Below, one piece after another: positions 36,238-49,820 of a DNA stretch of 64,000 nucleotides. A program made the translations under genes and the position numbers. A model generated the notes under the pieces. It did no database searches. It was not told the DNA's origin and saw only the letters and a program-made list of their open reading frames with translations. Origin of the DNA: Octopus sinensis (lineage: Eukaryota). The stretch lies in NCBI RefSeq assembly GCF_006345805.1, contig NC_043000.1:155248001-155312000 (forward strand). The letters are read 5' to 3'. Each line of letters begins with the position of its first letter. The first letter of the stretch is position 1.

Positions 36238-37161
36238 TATGTAGGTTAACAAGGCCATATTTTCATGTGAAGAGATCTTCTCAATTGTAGAGGGGATTTG
36301 ATGAAAAGAAAACAGAAACCTTGAAGGACACTTTATATGTATATTAAATATAGCACAAAGTTGTTTGTTTCATTTTTTATTTTTTATGGAATTTTACTCA
36401 CCGAGAAAGATCAACTCAAAATTCACGTTTTCTATTAGAATTGGGATTATCTCAGATTATCTGATAATTCTTGTGTTTCTTTTAATATAATTTCATATAT
36501 AAAAGAGAAAAGAAACATATGAAGAATATATGAGAATAGAGTAGTTTGGTTTTCGACTTTTGAAAATTATATTACCGTTGGTAAATTTTAATTTTGCAAT
36601 TTTCATTTTGAGTGGTGTCGATAAAATAGTTCTGATAATTTACGCCTAATCTTTCATTTCACTATATTCCTCTTTTAAAAAATGTGAGTATTTATGCCAT
36701 TGTGAACAATTAGGGTTTTGCCCTCATTTTTTCTGCGAGTATTTTGATATGTCAGAATAGATTTTTTAATTAATTGATTACTGAAATAATATAGCTACTT
36801 CAATCTGATTAACATTCTCATTCAACCAACATTTCACAGTTAAACTCATAGCTAAATGTTTAATGTGACACACTATGAGCTTAAAGAAACTGCTCAATTT
36901 TTAAACAGTCTGCTTTTGTATTAGAAACCACAGCTATTTGCTTTCTTCTAATTTATCCCAAGTGACGAAACTGGCGTATGTTGGTATTCCACAAGACCTA
37001 AACTTACAGAGAATGTGTTCCCAGGTAATAAGTAATATTTCAGATTCGAGCATAAGGATATTGGCAGATGAAAGTTGTCAATCATCAAAAGTTCCCTTCT
37101 GAAACAGACTTACGGGGCGCAGCGGACATATAAATGATGATCAGCAGATAGAAGTTGTACC

Positions 37162-37218
<57 letters not shown>

Positions 37219-37719
37219 CATGCATGTGTGTGCGTGCGTATGTGTATATGTATGTGTGTGCGTGTGTGCGTATCTCTTTCTCTTTATGCACCCCCCACAT
37301 ATATATATATTCACACACACACATATATATATATGTTATCTATTATATATTAAGGCATGTATAGATGCGAAATGATGTAACTTTAATTTGATTGATTTAA
37401 AAAAAATATATTTGCATGTGCCTGTTCTGGCCGATGTCAATGTTTTATCAGACATACATCTGATACATTACATTGTATTTTCCTTTTCTTGCAAAAGTAC
37501 ATCCTGCAGGGTTTTTTTGTTTGTTTGTTTTTGTTTTTTTTTGTAATTCAAATGTGTGAGTAATCCTATACGTCGACCTAAAGAGCTGCCCATTAATTTC
37601 TGGCGTACAATTGTTTGATAAATATTGATTCAAAGGTGATTGGTAACATATTGTAGAGTAAGGCAACTGTGATTGAGACGTTATATTGCGTTTTACTTAA
37701 AGAGAATTGTTTGATATGT

Positions 37720-38070
37720 AAATTATTATAATTCCGCTCAAAAGGCCCCTGAATAAAGGTTGTTTAAGAATGTTGAATGAAACATCCATGTTTCCAGAGG
37801 TAAATTATTCAAACCCCAAAGAATTCCTCTCAACACATGGCTATGATACTCCCCCACTACGTCTGCTCGTGATCAAAGATGCAAATATCGTCAGCCACTA
37901 AGGAACGTGTTCAACTGGTTAAGGTCAAACAACTGACAAGCAAATCTGTGGTATTGAGCAGAATATTTACTTTAGCCCATCTTTTATACCAAGACAAAAC
38001 AATGTACATGAAAACACTTCCAATCAGTTAAGATCAGAAGCCATGAGAGCCACTGCCTGGTACTGCATCA
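37720..38070. repeat. Probable unclassified interspersed repeat
   Basis: Higher-GC block that looks like an abundant octopod repeat; no second copy in window. Confidence 0.3.
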
Positions 38071-38078
38071 ATATAAAT

Positions 38079-38325
38079 ATTATTATTATTATTATTAGTG
38101 ATTTGACTCAGGTTCGTATTTATTGCTGGTCGATTCTATGCTGGAAGCGTGTTACTACTTGTAACCTTAGGTATCCACAATCTTTCAATAGTCTTTCAAG
38201 TGCTTAAGATCTTCCTGATAATCTTTCGTGTCCCCAAGAGGCAAACTTTCTGTAGAAGCACTACAGGACATTCTATTCCAAACTCCTTCAACTATTTGTC
38301 TATGTGTTTGCTTACTCACATTCAC
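38079..38325 (-). mobile_element. R4/Dong-type 3' fragment with (TAA)n tail
   Basis: Minus strand LKEFGIECPVVLLQKVCLLGTRKIIRKILST* then UTR and (TAA)n. Confidence 0.8.
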
Positions 38326-38624
38326 AGGGTCGTGGTTTCAATTCCTAGACCTGGTGGTGCGTTCTGTTCTTGAGAAAAAAACACTTCATCTCACGTTTCT
38401 CTGCGATCACTTTGACACTCGACACCTGGTACACAGTGCACCTGTTCAGGTAACGTCGATTTCACGGAAAAGGTGAGCTAATGCACAGCACACAGATTTG
38501 ATCACTATTAATAAATCATATGTGATGGTCGTTCGGCAAAAACTGAATGCTCATACGTCGTCTTCAACAGGAGAACCCATCATTATTATTATTGTTGTTG
38601 TCGTCGTCGTCGTCGTTGTTGTTG

Positions 38625-38655
<31 letters not shown>

Positions 38656-38680
38656 ATTATTATTATTATTATTATTAAAA

Positions 38681-38935
38681 GGCGGCAAACTGGCAGAATC
38701 TTTAGCACGCCTGGCAAAATGCTCCTAAATTCATTATCGTATGCATATAACAGAAGTCGTTGTTATTGTCGTTAGGTGAGGCGTTGAGGTGGCAGAGTCG
38801 TCTTCAAATTGTACCCGAGGCAAAGTAGCCTTATAAACATTTGGAGCCGATAAAATCAAGTACAAGTATAAGTACTGGAATCGATGGTATCGATTATCCA
38901 CCTTCCATAAAAATTGTTGGCCTTTTGTCTATTGT
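38681..38935 (+). mobile_element. SINE family A head fragment and a degenerate copy
   Basis: GGCGGCAAACTGGCAGAATC directly after (TTA)n. Confidence 0.6.
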
Positions 38936-40381
38936 CGGGCGAATTAAGAGAATCGGTACAGCGACAGACAAAATACTTTCACGTTTCGAATTCGAATCTC
39001 GCCTTTCTTGAATTCACTTTCCACTCCTTAATCGGTAAAATTATTTCCTGTCAAGTACAAGAGTCGGTTTAGTCAATTATATTCTTCCATTTCATCATGC
39101 ATAAATCTCAAGTTTTTATATCTAGTTCAAGAAAATTTAGTACTAACATCTCCGTAGGGGACAATTGTATCTTATAAATTACGAAAATTGAAATGATGGT
39201 ATAAATATGGTAACGACTGTCGCAAAAACTCAGTTAAAATTCTGTTAAGACATAAAAACAGAACTGACTTTAGTGGCTTTACTTGTTGAAATATCGATTT
39301 TCATACAATTTCCATGGCCATTGTATATATTACTTGTTACCAGACGAGAATGTAGTCTTCATACACAGTTTCTAACACTGTTGAAATAAAACCAAAGTTT
39401 TCCGATGGACAGAGCATTAATCTCACATAAAATATATCCATATAAATTCCTATAACTATATGACAAAATGATGATTTGCAGCATCTGGAATACGTTCGGA
39501 TGGAACGGTTGTTACTGAAGCAAACTCACAAATACAACACCTAGCAACTTAACCACGGAATGCAATATGATCCGGCCACACACTCGAAGAATTCCGTTGG
39601 TTTCGGTGATGAGAGTAGAGTTGTTTGATCAATTAAATAACCTGATCATTGAATTTGCGCGTAAGTGGCTGAATATTTCACTGACACCAGTACAACAAAT
39701 TCATACCAATCTTCAGTGAAAATCAGCTTGACATACTGTGTGAGACCGTTATACCTGTCAATTGCATGAACAGTCCAGACAGTTTCTGTCAATCTAATTT
39801 CACTCAGAAGGTTTGAGTTGACCCGGTGCAATGATGAAAACACTTTCTCAAGATGACACACAATAGGATTGAGCCCGAAACTTCGAGATGGCTAAGCAAA
39901 CTCTTAAACTACTCAGTCGATATTTTTACATATATAATGGAAGAGTTTATGGCTTGATTTAATGCAATAAGAATTCTCAGATGAAATACGAAATATGTCG
40001 CTGATTTTAATGATGTAAATATAGCAAAATCTTTCAACGGCTTCATAGTGAATTAATCGCATGGGTAAACACATGGTTGTGTATTGATGACAATATTTTC
40101 ATAATAGTTTATTTGAAACATTTACGGAATATAAAGAGGGATTTTCTCTTAACATCCGAAAATTGTAGACTCAATGATTTAATCAGTTCATTATAGCTTG
40201 AATTATCTATTAAACAACTTGGACCGCATTCAAAAATAAGGAAAATAAGAACACAAACGAGCGATAAGAGAGAAAGCATTTATCTTAAACATAACTTGCG
40301 CCGGTTATATTATATGTATATATTATTCATTCATTCATATATACATCCATGCGCGCACACACGTATACATTCATACACCAT

Positions 40382-40454
<73 letters not shown>

Positions 40455-41149
40455 CATATATATAATGTGTGTGTGTTAGTGACTATAATATTTTTTAAAA
40501 AATGGTTTCTGTACACTATTTCGGAGAAGTAAAATTGGCAAGATATCAACCACAAACAAGACAACATTCTGTGAATGTTTTGGTAAGCGTTTTGGCATAA
40601 TCCGCTTATTGAAACCAAATCACTACTAAGGTCTATTAAATGTTGCTTTTTAATAAATTGCAATAGCATTGGTTTTAGAGACACATTACTCTATAACCCA
40701 GATCTCGTAGAAAAAGATTGAAGAATCAGATTATAGGAAAATCTACGATATTATCTCTATAGTGCTGTTACACCTTCAATCATGATTTAAGAAGTAAACA
40801 AAACTATCTCAATTTAATATACTAGCAGAACAAAATTCTATATATGTCTGGCAAAATATTGTTATGATGAACAAGAAGTAGTAAGACGAGGATAAAATCT
40901 CATACTAGAAAATAATATGCGTAGCACTACTAAATAAATTGCTTGAAAAATTTCAGCTCAAGATGAAACAACAGCGTATAGGTGCGTGTAAATGATTGAG
41001 GGAATATACGATATACATATATGCATATCAATATGTGTGTGTGTATGTCATTATTCAGTTAATTTCGAATTTTTTGCCAGTAGAGAGAGAACCGGTTTCT
41101 AAGCTAGATCCAAGGCTCCTTCAATGGAATTTCAACATCAACAACAGGG

Positions 41150-41395
41150 TATGTATGTATGTATGTATGCGTGTATGTATGTATGTATGTATGTATGTAT
41201 GTATGTATGTATGTATGTATGTATGTTTGTTTGTATGTATGTATGTATGTACGTATGTATGTATGTATGTATGTATGTATGTATGTATGTTTGTTTGTAT
41301 GTATGTATGTATGTACGTATGTATGTATGTATGTATGTATGTTTGTGTGCATGTATGTATGTATGTATGTGCAGATTTGTATGTCTTATGTATGT
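41150..41395. repeat. (TATG)n microsatellite
   Basis: Seen directly; explains the MYVC/HTYI ORFs. Confidence 0.95.
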
Positions 41396-41611
41396 ATTTT
41401 CATGCATATAGATGCGTATCTAGACATGCTTATATATATTTAAATGATAAACTTCTGGAAAGTTTTACAGATTTTTACAGTTCCAGTGATGGATTGGTTC
41501 TGACGTCTTCGAATTAGCTTTCTCCTTTCCGGTTTTGGGAAGCTTAATTTCTCAAGATTGGTATTTAAGCAGTGTATTACATATCCCATGTATGTACGTA
41601 TGTATGTATGT

Positions 41612-41888
41612 CATTAAAATGATTTAATTCTGGATGCAGATCGTCCCAATATGATTTCAACCGATTCATATAGCCAGCAGCGGGGTTTTGTTTCGCTTTT
41701 TCGTAGCAGTTAAATAGATCATTATTCAATTCATAACTCCAAGAGAAATGAGTTTTGTAATTACGGTTTCTTTTATAACTACAGCTCGAAAGAATTTGTT
41801 TACCTGTTGAGCTGTTGTTTTCGTTCTGTTCCTCGTCTGTGTTGTTGATGTCGTGTCCAGCCATGTTGTTTGTAATAACTCTCTGCAT
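41612..41888 (-). pseudogene. N-terminal (Myb-like) start of an R4/Dong-type ORF, truncated at (TACA)n
   Basis: FSWSYELNNDLFNCYEKAK...GYMNRLKSYWDDLHP resembles the W..E.N....CY...GY..R....W...HP R4 N-terminus. Confidence 0.6.
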
Positions 41889-42090
41889 GCTAAACTAGTT
41901 TCAGTCGAAAATCACTACGATCGAGAATAAAAAAAAAGGCCTCCTCGGTTAATTCATCTGCAGATTAACCAGTTACTTAACAAGGCTGCTAGTTGTGGCT
42001 CCAAAATTGGAGATAGTATTCATCGTATTTTCGATAAATAGTCTGCCACGCTAAATACCCGACTTGTCGCTTCGAATATGTATATATATA

Positions 42091-42267
42091 GGCGTAGGAG
42101 TGGCTGTGTGGTAAGTAGCTTGCTTACGAACGACATGGTTTCGGGTTCAGTCCCACTGCGTGGCACCTTGGGCAAGTGTCTTCTACTATAGCCTCGGGCC
42201 GACCAAAGACTTGTGAGTGGATTTGGTAGACGGAAACTGAAAGAAGCCCGTCGTATATATGTATATA

Positions 42268-42307
<40 letters not shown>

Positions 42308-42488
42308 TGTATGTATATGTTTGTGTGCTGGTGTGTTTACGTCCCCGTAATTTAGCGGTTCGGCAAGGTGACCGATAGAGTAAGTACTAGGCTTACAAAG
42401 AATAAGTCCTGGGGTTATTGCCTCGACTAAAGGTGGTGCTCCAGCATGGCCGCAGTCAAATGACTGAAACAAGTAAAAGTAGGTAAAA

Positions 42489-42489
<1 letters not shown>
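42091..42489 (+). mobile_element. SINE family B copy
   Basis: Full length; head after (TA)n. Confidence 0.92.
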
Positions 42490-42526
<37 letters not shown>

Positions 42527-44230
42527 TATTGATATTTTCATCATTTATACATACGCACATTCAAGTATGAGTTTCTTCCCTCCTCACAGAATAATTGTAT
42601 GATTTCTTCAGAGCTTTTCCGCACTATATACAACTGATCTTTCATCAACCAATTCTGATGTGAAATTCCCCGCCCTTTGCTCTCTACGTCTTCCATCTCA
42701 CGGGTTAGAGGTTTACTATCTGACTACACCATTATTCGATTAGGCCATCTCTGACTAATCTGTGTACTTCGCAGTTCTGTTTTACTACCATATTATTCTT
42801 TATATGAACGACTTAAAGTAAGATGTAATTAAATATATACTTCTACGTATTTTATTATACTACCCTTCGCTTTTAATGACCCTTCGCTTATAGTCACCTT
42901 TTCTAATATAACATATTCTTCTCGCTTCCAAACTTCAATCGACAAGTCTCTGTAAGACATTCCTGACCTAAGATCATCAGATACCTTTTTTATCATCAAT
43001 CCACGCTTTACTCAACGGCTGCATCTTTTTGTAGACACTTTGTCTTTCTACTACTCCCACTATATTATCAAGAATGACTTCGATCACACCAACCCAAAAC
43101 GAAAATCTTCCATGACATTGTTTCTTCTCTTAACCTTTAACAGTATACTCTCAGATTCTTCAATCTTTCTTCAATCTTTCTCTCATTACATGAATCGATG
43201 CTAATCTATGGAATCCTACGTCATCAGATGCTTCTGAGTTTCACAAGACTAATGAATGAAAATTGGCGATGGAAGCAGTTTTTTTTTTTTATATATTATC
43301 TGCTTCTGTTCTCAAAGATCACAATATGTTTTCTATAAAGTTAGCTCTCTTCCAAAGTTAGCTCTTCTATGGGAATTAGAAATTAATAATTCTTCCTCCT
43401 CGAAAACTTTGATGTTTCATTTGATATTACTTGTAAAATCTTAACCTAAGTCTGGTATAAAAGCCTCCGCATATGTGCTCAGCCTTCTCCTTTCTCTCCT
43501 GTCTCCCAGTTTTACTTTCGCTTTCGTTTATTTTGCATCGTTTCTTCTCAACCAGACCAATTCCCCAGCAGATGCGCACCACTGTAGCCAGTGCAGTTTC
43601 TTACATGCATCTATTTTTGCATTAATGGTTCATTCGATGTTACCACTAATTAAAAACTTTCCTTATTACCCTGGTGCTTTCCAATGTTTATAACATTGTG
43701 AAAACGTCATCTCAAAAGCTAGGATATATCTTTCATGCATGAACAAATTTCAGGTCTGATTAGTTGTGACCCACATTGGAACCACGCTTAAATATCTAAA
43801 AACAGCTCTACTGCTATATACTACAATATGCCAAAAACTCAAGTCTCTACTGCCAATCAGTATCATCTGGCTGATATATATTCATTCGCAAACAAATTAC
43901 ATAAGTCTCACACTCGTGGTGTTAATTCTCTCTGGCCGTTGCGCCTCTACTTTTGTGTCATTACTACTAAATTTCACCAAACCCAAATAACTTACCATTT
44001 ACACTCTCATCAATTCTTCTGTATCTCATCCCGGTCTTTTACTCGGCACTTTCTCTTCGCTCTCATTCAGAACTTTTATAGAATTTCCTTCTATCAACAT
44101 TTTCCCTACAAGTATTGACATAAGCCATCAGACTGACCTAAGATTCACCAAGAACATTGTTTGCAAACGATGACACTATGATTCTTGCTCTTACTCATTC
44201 TTTGGCTGAATAAACAAAGAATGTCTATAT

Positions 44231-44558
44231 CATAAGTTCTTAAAGTGGGCGCTACTGCTCCCGGGTGGGCGTTGAGAGATTCCAGGAGGGCGCTGATGTC
44301 TAAGGGAGTGGTGTGTGGGGGTAGACAAAAAGGAGGCATTCGGAGGAAGGCAGGGGATTGGGGGACGCTATGAATTTATTATATTATTATATTATAGTAT
44401 ATAAATTATATCTTATATTAAATATCAAATGATTCATGGTATATGTAAATTAGTAAAATATAAAATATTTATTTACACAAAAAAAATAGGGATGGGAGCG
44501 CTAGGGGTATTATGTGGCCATGTGTGAGGCGGTGACCCTAAAAGTTTGAGGACCTCTG
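44231..44558. mobile_element. Older hAT (Charlie-type) MITE
   Basis: TIRs CATAAGTTCTTAAA / TTTGAGGACCTCTG (10/14 match); 8-bp TSD GTCTATAT / CTCTAGAT. Confidence 0.65.
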
Positions 44559-44645
44559 CTCTAGATACTTTTAATGAGTAACGTGACAACCAACTTTCGT
44601 TCAAGAACATAGTCGATCCACATATCAAAGTAACTAACATTAATG

Positions 44646-44846
44646 CAGTGGTTTTCAACCAGGGTTCCGCCAGTACAGTGCAGGGGTTCCGCAAGAAGTT
44701 ACAAAACTGCTAAAATCGGCAGTAATTTTTAATTCTCCTGTGCAGATATGTGTGCATAAGACTATTAAATTATTGCACAGGGGTTCCTCGAGCCAGTGGA
44801 ATGTTTCCTTGGGGTTCCGCTCCAGCAAAAAGTCTGAAAATCACTG
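44646..44846. mobile_element. hAT (Charlie-type) MITE, 201 bp
   Basis: TIR CAGTGGTTTTCA / TGAAAATCACTG; perfect 8-bp TSD CATTAATG. Confidence 0.92.
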
Positions 44847-45467
44847 CATTAATGAATAACTCTAAAACTACGAAAACAAATGAATTCCTTATAAACTCCC
44901 AGTTTTTTTATAACCTGTCGTACTGACTATATATCAGTAATATCGCTAATGCTGCATCTCAAGGGCTAACTTTTTTTTTTATAATGACAATCTACTTCAG
45001 GTCTTAAAGGCTAATGAGCTCACTCCAGACACAATTGCACTCCGCACGAGAGTATTACTCATGTATCATGGAAAGGTCAGCTACACTCGCTAACTTTCCA
45101 CAACAGACCGAGAAAAAACAACAAAAGCAACTGGCTGGTTTTCAAAATATTTAGGAAGCTCTGAATACACGTAAGCTCACACCTATCGTACAATTCTCCT
45201 CACCTTGTGAATCCATGCCTGTCTCAGGTCATAATTACTCACAAATACTTCACTCTAACATAGGGTCCGATGGGCAGCCTTCTGAATATCCTAACCGGCT
45301 GTAGATGCTGAATATCTTCATAACATCATCGACCTCATGTATATTCATATGTTTATACATATACATGCATACACACACACACACAAACGCATAAATATAT
45401 GTACATATATAGTTACATATATACACATATGTATATATCTGTAGGCGCGTATGTGTGTGTGCATGTA

Positions 45468-45575
45468 GGTGCAGAAGTGGCTGTGTGATAAGAAGCTTGC
45501 TTTTCAACCACATGGCTCCGGGTTCAGTCCCACTGCGTGAGTGCATTTGGCAGACAGAAACTGAAAGAAGCTCGT

Positions 45576-45621
<46 letters not shown>

Positions 45622-45680
45622 CGACTAAAGGTGGTGCGCTCCAGCATGGCCAAAGTCACTTGACTGAAACAAGCAAATGG
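45468..45680 (+). mobile_element. SINE family B copy, deleted
   Basis: Head and tail segments only. Confidence 0.75.
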
Positions 45681-45816
45681 AACATAATATCATATATATA
45701 TATATGCATATATGATCTTGGAAAGTATATATATATATATATATACATACATGGCTAAAGAAACAAGAGGAGGTAAAAAAAAAACAAACAAAAGTTTTTG
45801 ACGCCCTATATTGAAG

Positions 45817-45859
<43 letters not shown>

Positions 45860-46022
45860 CGACTAAAGGTGGTGCGCTCCAGCATGGCCAAAGTCACTTG
45901 ACTGAAACAAGCAAATGGCCATAATATCATATATATATATATGCATATATGATCTTGGAAAGTATATATATATATACATACATGGCTAAAGAAACAAAGA
46001 GGAGGTAAAAAAAAAACAAACA
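45617..46022. repeat. Tandem duplication, period 238 bp
   Basis: TTGTTCGACTAAAGG at 45617 and 45855. Confidence 0.9.
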
Positions 46023-46499
46023 GGCAGTATTAGATTGACGCTCGGGAGAATTGGAAGAAGTGTTCAGTGTTTCGAGCCTACGCTAGTGCCCTATATAACA
46101 TATATTCGATGTGTAGCTTCATTTCGTATCCTTTCTAGACTGTAACTATCCTTTCCAATATATGTGTGTATACATACATACATATATATACACATACATA
46201 TAAAACTAATACGCACACAAATGTATATATATTTAAATACACACACACACACACATATATATATATATTTGCCAACAAGTGTGGAGGATAAAAGAAAGGA
46301 GGACACGGAAGAATCAAAGAAGGTAAGGGTTTTGAGTGGGAGAAATGGTTACCAAGGGAATAAGACAGTAATTAAAACTGCAGTGAAATAATTTCCGACA
46401 TGTCACATCAACGCCAACGTTTCCTCGTCAGTTGAGAAATCAGACGGAAAAGCAGCAACAGTGCGGCACACGAAGAGCTGCAGTAATGGTGTCGGTGGC

Positions 46500-47810
<1,311 letters not shown>

Positions 47811-47929
47811 ATTGTTTTCGTAATTCATATTTCAGCGACGTCACATGAGAGAAAAATAAGGTTTTTTTTTTTTTTGTTCTTCTCTTTCTAATGAAACTCA
47901 TAATCTAGGCATGCTCTGCTTCGCTTGCA

Positions 47930-47937
47930 CACACACG

Positions 47938-48021
<84 letters not shown>

Positions 48022-48060
48022 GCACACACACACACACAGACACAGACACACACAAACATA
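47930..48060. repeat. (CA)n microsatellite
   Basis: Seen directly. Confidence 0.95.
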
Positions 48061-48164
48061 CATGCGGGAAAATATACGTATACCTAGCCGCGAAAGCTTA
48101 TATATATATACATATATATACATATATGTATGTATGTATGTATGTTTGTATATATATATATATG

Positions 48165-48574
48165 CTCTTTTACTCTTTTACTTGTTTCAGTCATTTGACT
48201 GCGGCCATGCTGGAGCACCGCCTTTAGTCGAACAAATCGACCCCAGGACTTATTCTTTGTAAGCCTAGTACTTATTCTATCGGCACCTTATGCCGAACCG
48301 CTAAGTTACGGAGACGTAAAATCACCAGCATCGGTTGTCGAGCAATGTTGGGGGGCACAAGCATAGACACACGAACACCTCCACGCACATACATATATAT
48401 ATACACATATATGACGGGCTTCTTTCAGTTTCCGTCTACCAAATCCACTCACAAGACTTTGGTCTGTCCGAGGCTTTAGTAGAAAACACTTGCCCAAGGT
48501 GCCACGCAGTGGGAATGACCCCGGAACCATGTGGTTGGTAAGCAAGCTACTTACCACACAGCCACTCCTGCACC
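48165..48574 (-). mobile_element. SINE family B copy
   Basis: Full length. Confidence 0.9.
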
Positions 48575-48594
48575 TATATATCTATATACAGAGA

Positions 48595-48824
48595 GGCGGT
48601 GAGCTGGCAGAAACGTTAGCACGTCGGGCAAAATGCTTAGCGGTATTTAGCCTGCCGTTACGATCTGAGTTCAAATTCCGCCGAGGTCGACTTTGCCTTT
48701 CATCCTTTCGAAGTCGATAAATTAAGTACCAGTTACGCACTGGGGTCGATGTAATCGACTTAATCTCTTTGTCTGTCCTTGTTTGTCCCCTCTATGTTTA
48801 GCCCCTTGTGGGTAATGAAGAAAT
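48595..48824 (+). mobile_element. SINE family A copy (young subfamily)
   Basis: Near-identical to 19054-19280; head-to-head with the adjacent SINE B. Confidence 0.9.
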
Positions 48825-48830
48825 ATATAT

Positions 48831-48874
<44 letters not shown>

Positions 48875-49393
48875 CGAGAGTGTGTGTGTGAGAGAGAGAG
48901 AGAAGGGGGGAATTAATATCGGCAACAGTGTGCAATGTTTTACGAAAACGGAAAATTATGATTGCTACTAAATATCACTGCATATATACCCATTCTCGCA
49001 CGTACGCGAATTCTCCTGCACACTGATTGACACGAACATACGTGTACATATACGCGCAAAACCAACGTGCATGAGAGCTAGGAATACCCATACGGACGCA
49101 GACGCAGCTACACGTATTCTTGACACATAAAAGGAGATAAGCATGTGAATATGCGTGTCTATAATTTGTACACATGGACTGTATACATTCATTCATTATA
49201 TATGCCCAGATATATACGCAGACACGAAAAGAGATATAAACATATAAATTCATCTATATTCACGTATATATGCATGTGTATATATATACATACACATACA
49301 CACACATATATATCTATATATTATATTTATATAATATATAGATATATATTATATATCTGTATAATATATATCTATTTAGATAAATACATATAT

Positions 49394-49473
<80 letters not shown>

Positions 49474-49538
49474 GCATATATACGTGCGTGGATATATGTA
49501 TATATAGAAATATATGTATGTATAGATATGTATCTATG

Positions 49539-49575
<37 letters not shown>

Positions 49576-49785
49576 TATTATAAACATGGCATACAGATAT
49601 TTGAATATTCATTCACATAACTAAAACAGCAAATGTATTACAGTGTTACACACGAAACTGAATAAATACACATCGTACCTCTAAGCAGACATTCAATAGT
49701 CACACACACACACGCATTTACATTTGCATGCATTCATACAGCAGACTACAAAACAATACTGCGCACGCGCGTACACACAAGTTGA

Positions 49786-49820
<35 letters not shown>

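Larger units (their letters stand above)
42560..45100 (-). mobile_element. Decayed RTE-like LINE (APE plus RT) interrupted by two hAT MITEs
   Basis: Fragments LICGSTMF (APE), KAPG, ASDDV (YADD relic) in the expected order on the minus strand. Confidence 0.45.

Noticed and set aside
37720-38070. Short U1/U2 snRNA-like words
   Set aside because: Matches of only 9-12 nt, not colinear with an snRNA structure.
46420-46450. Minus-strand CTGACGAGGAAACGTT
   Set aside because: No helix II and no helix I pairing in register.
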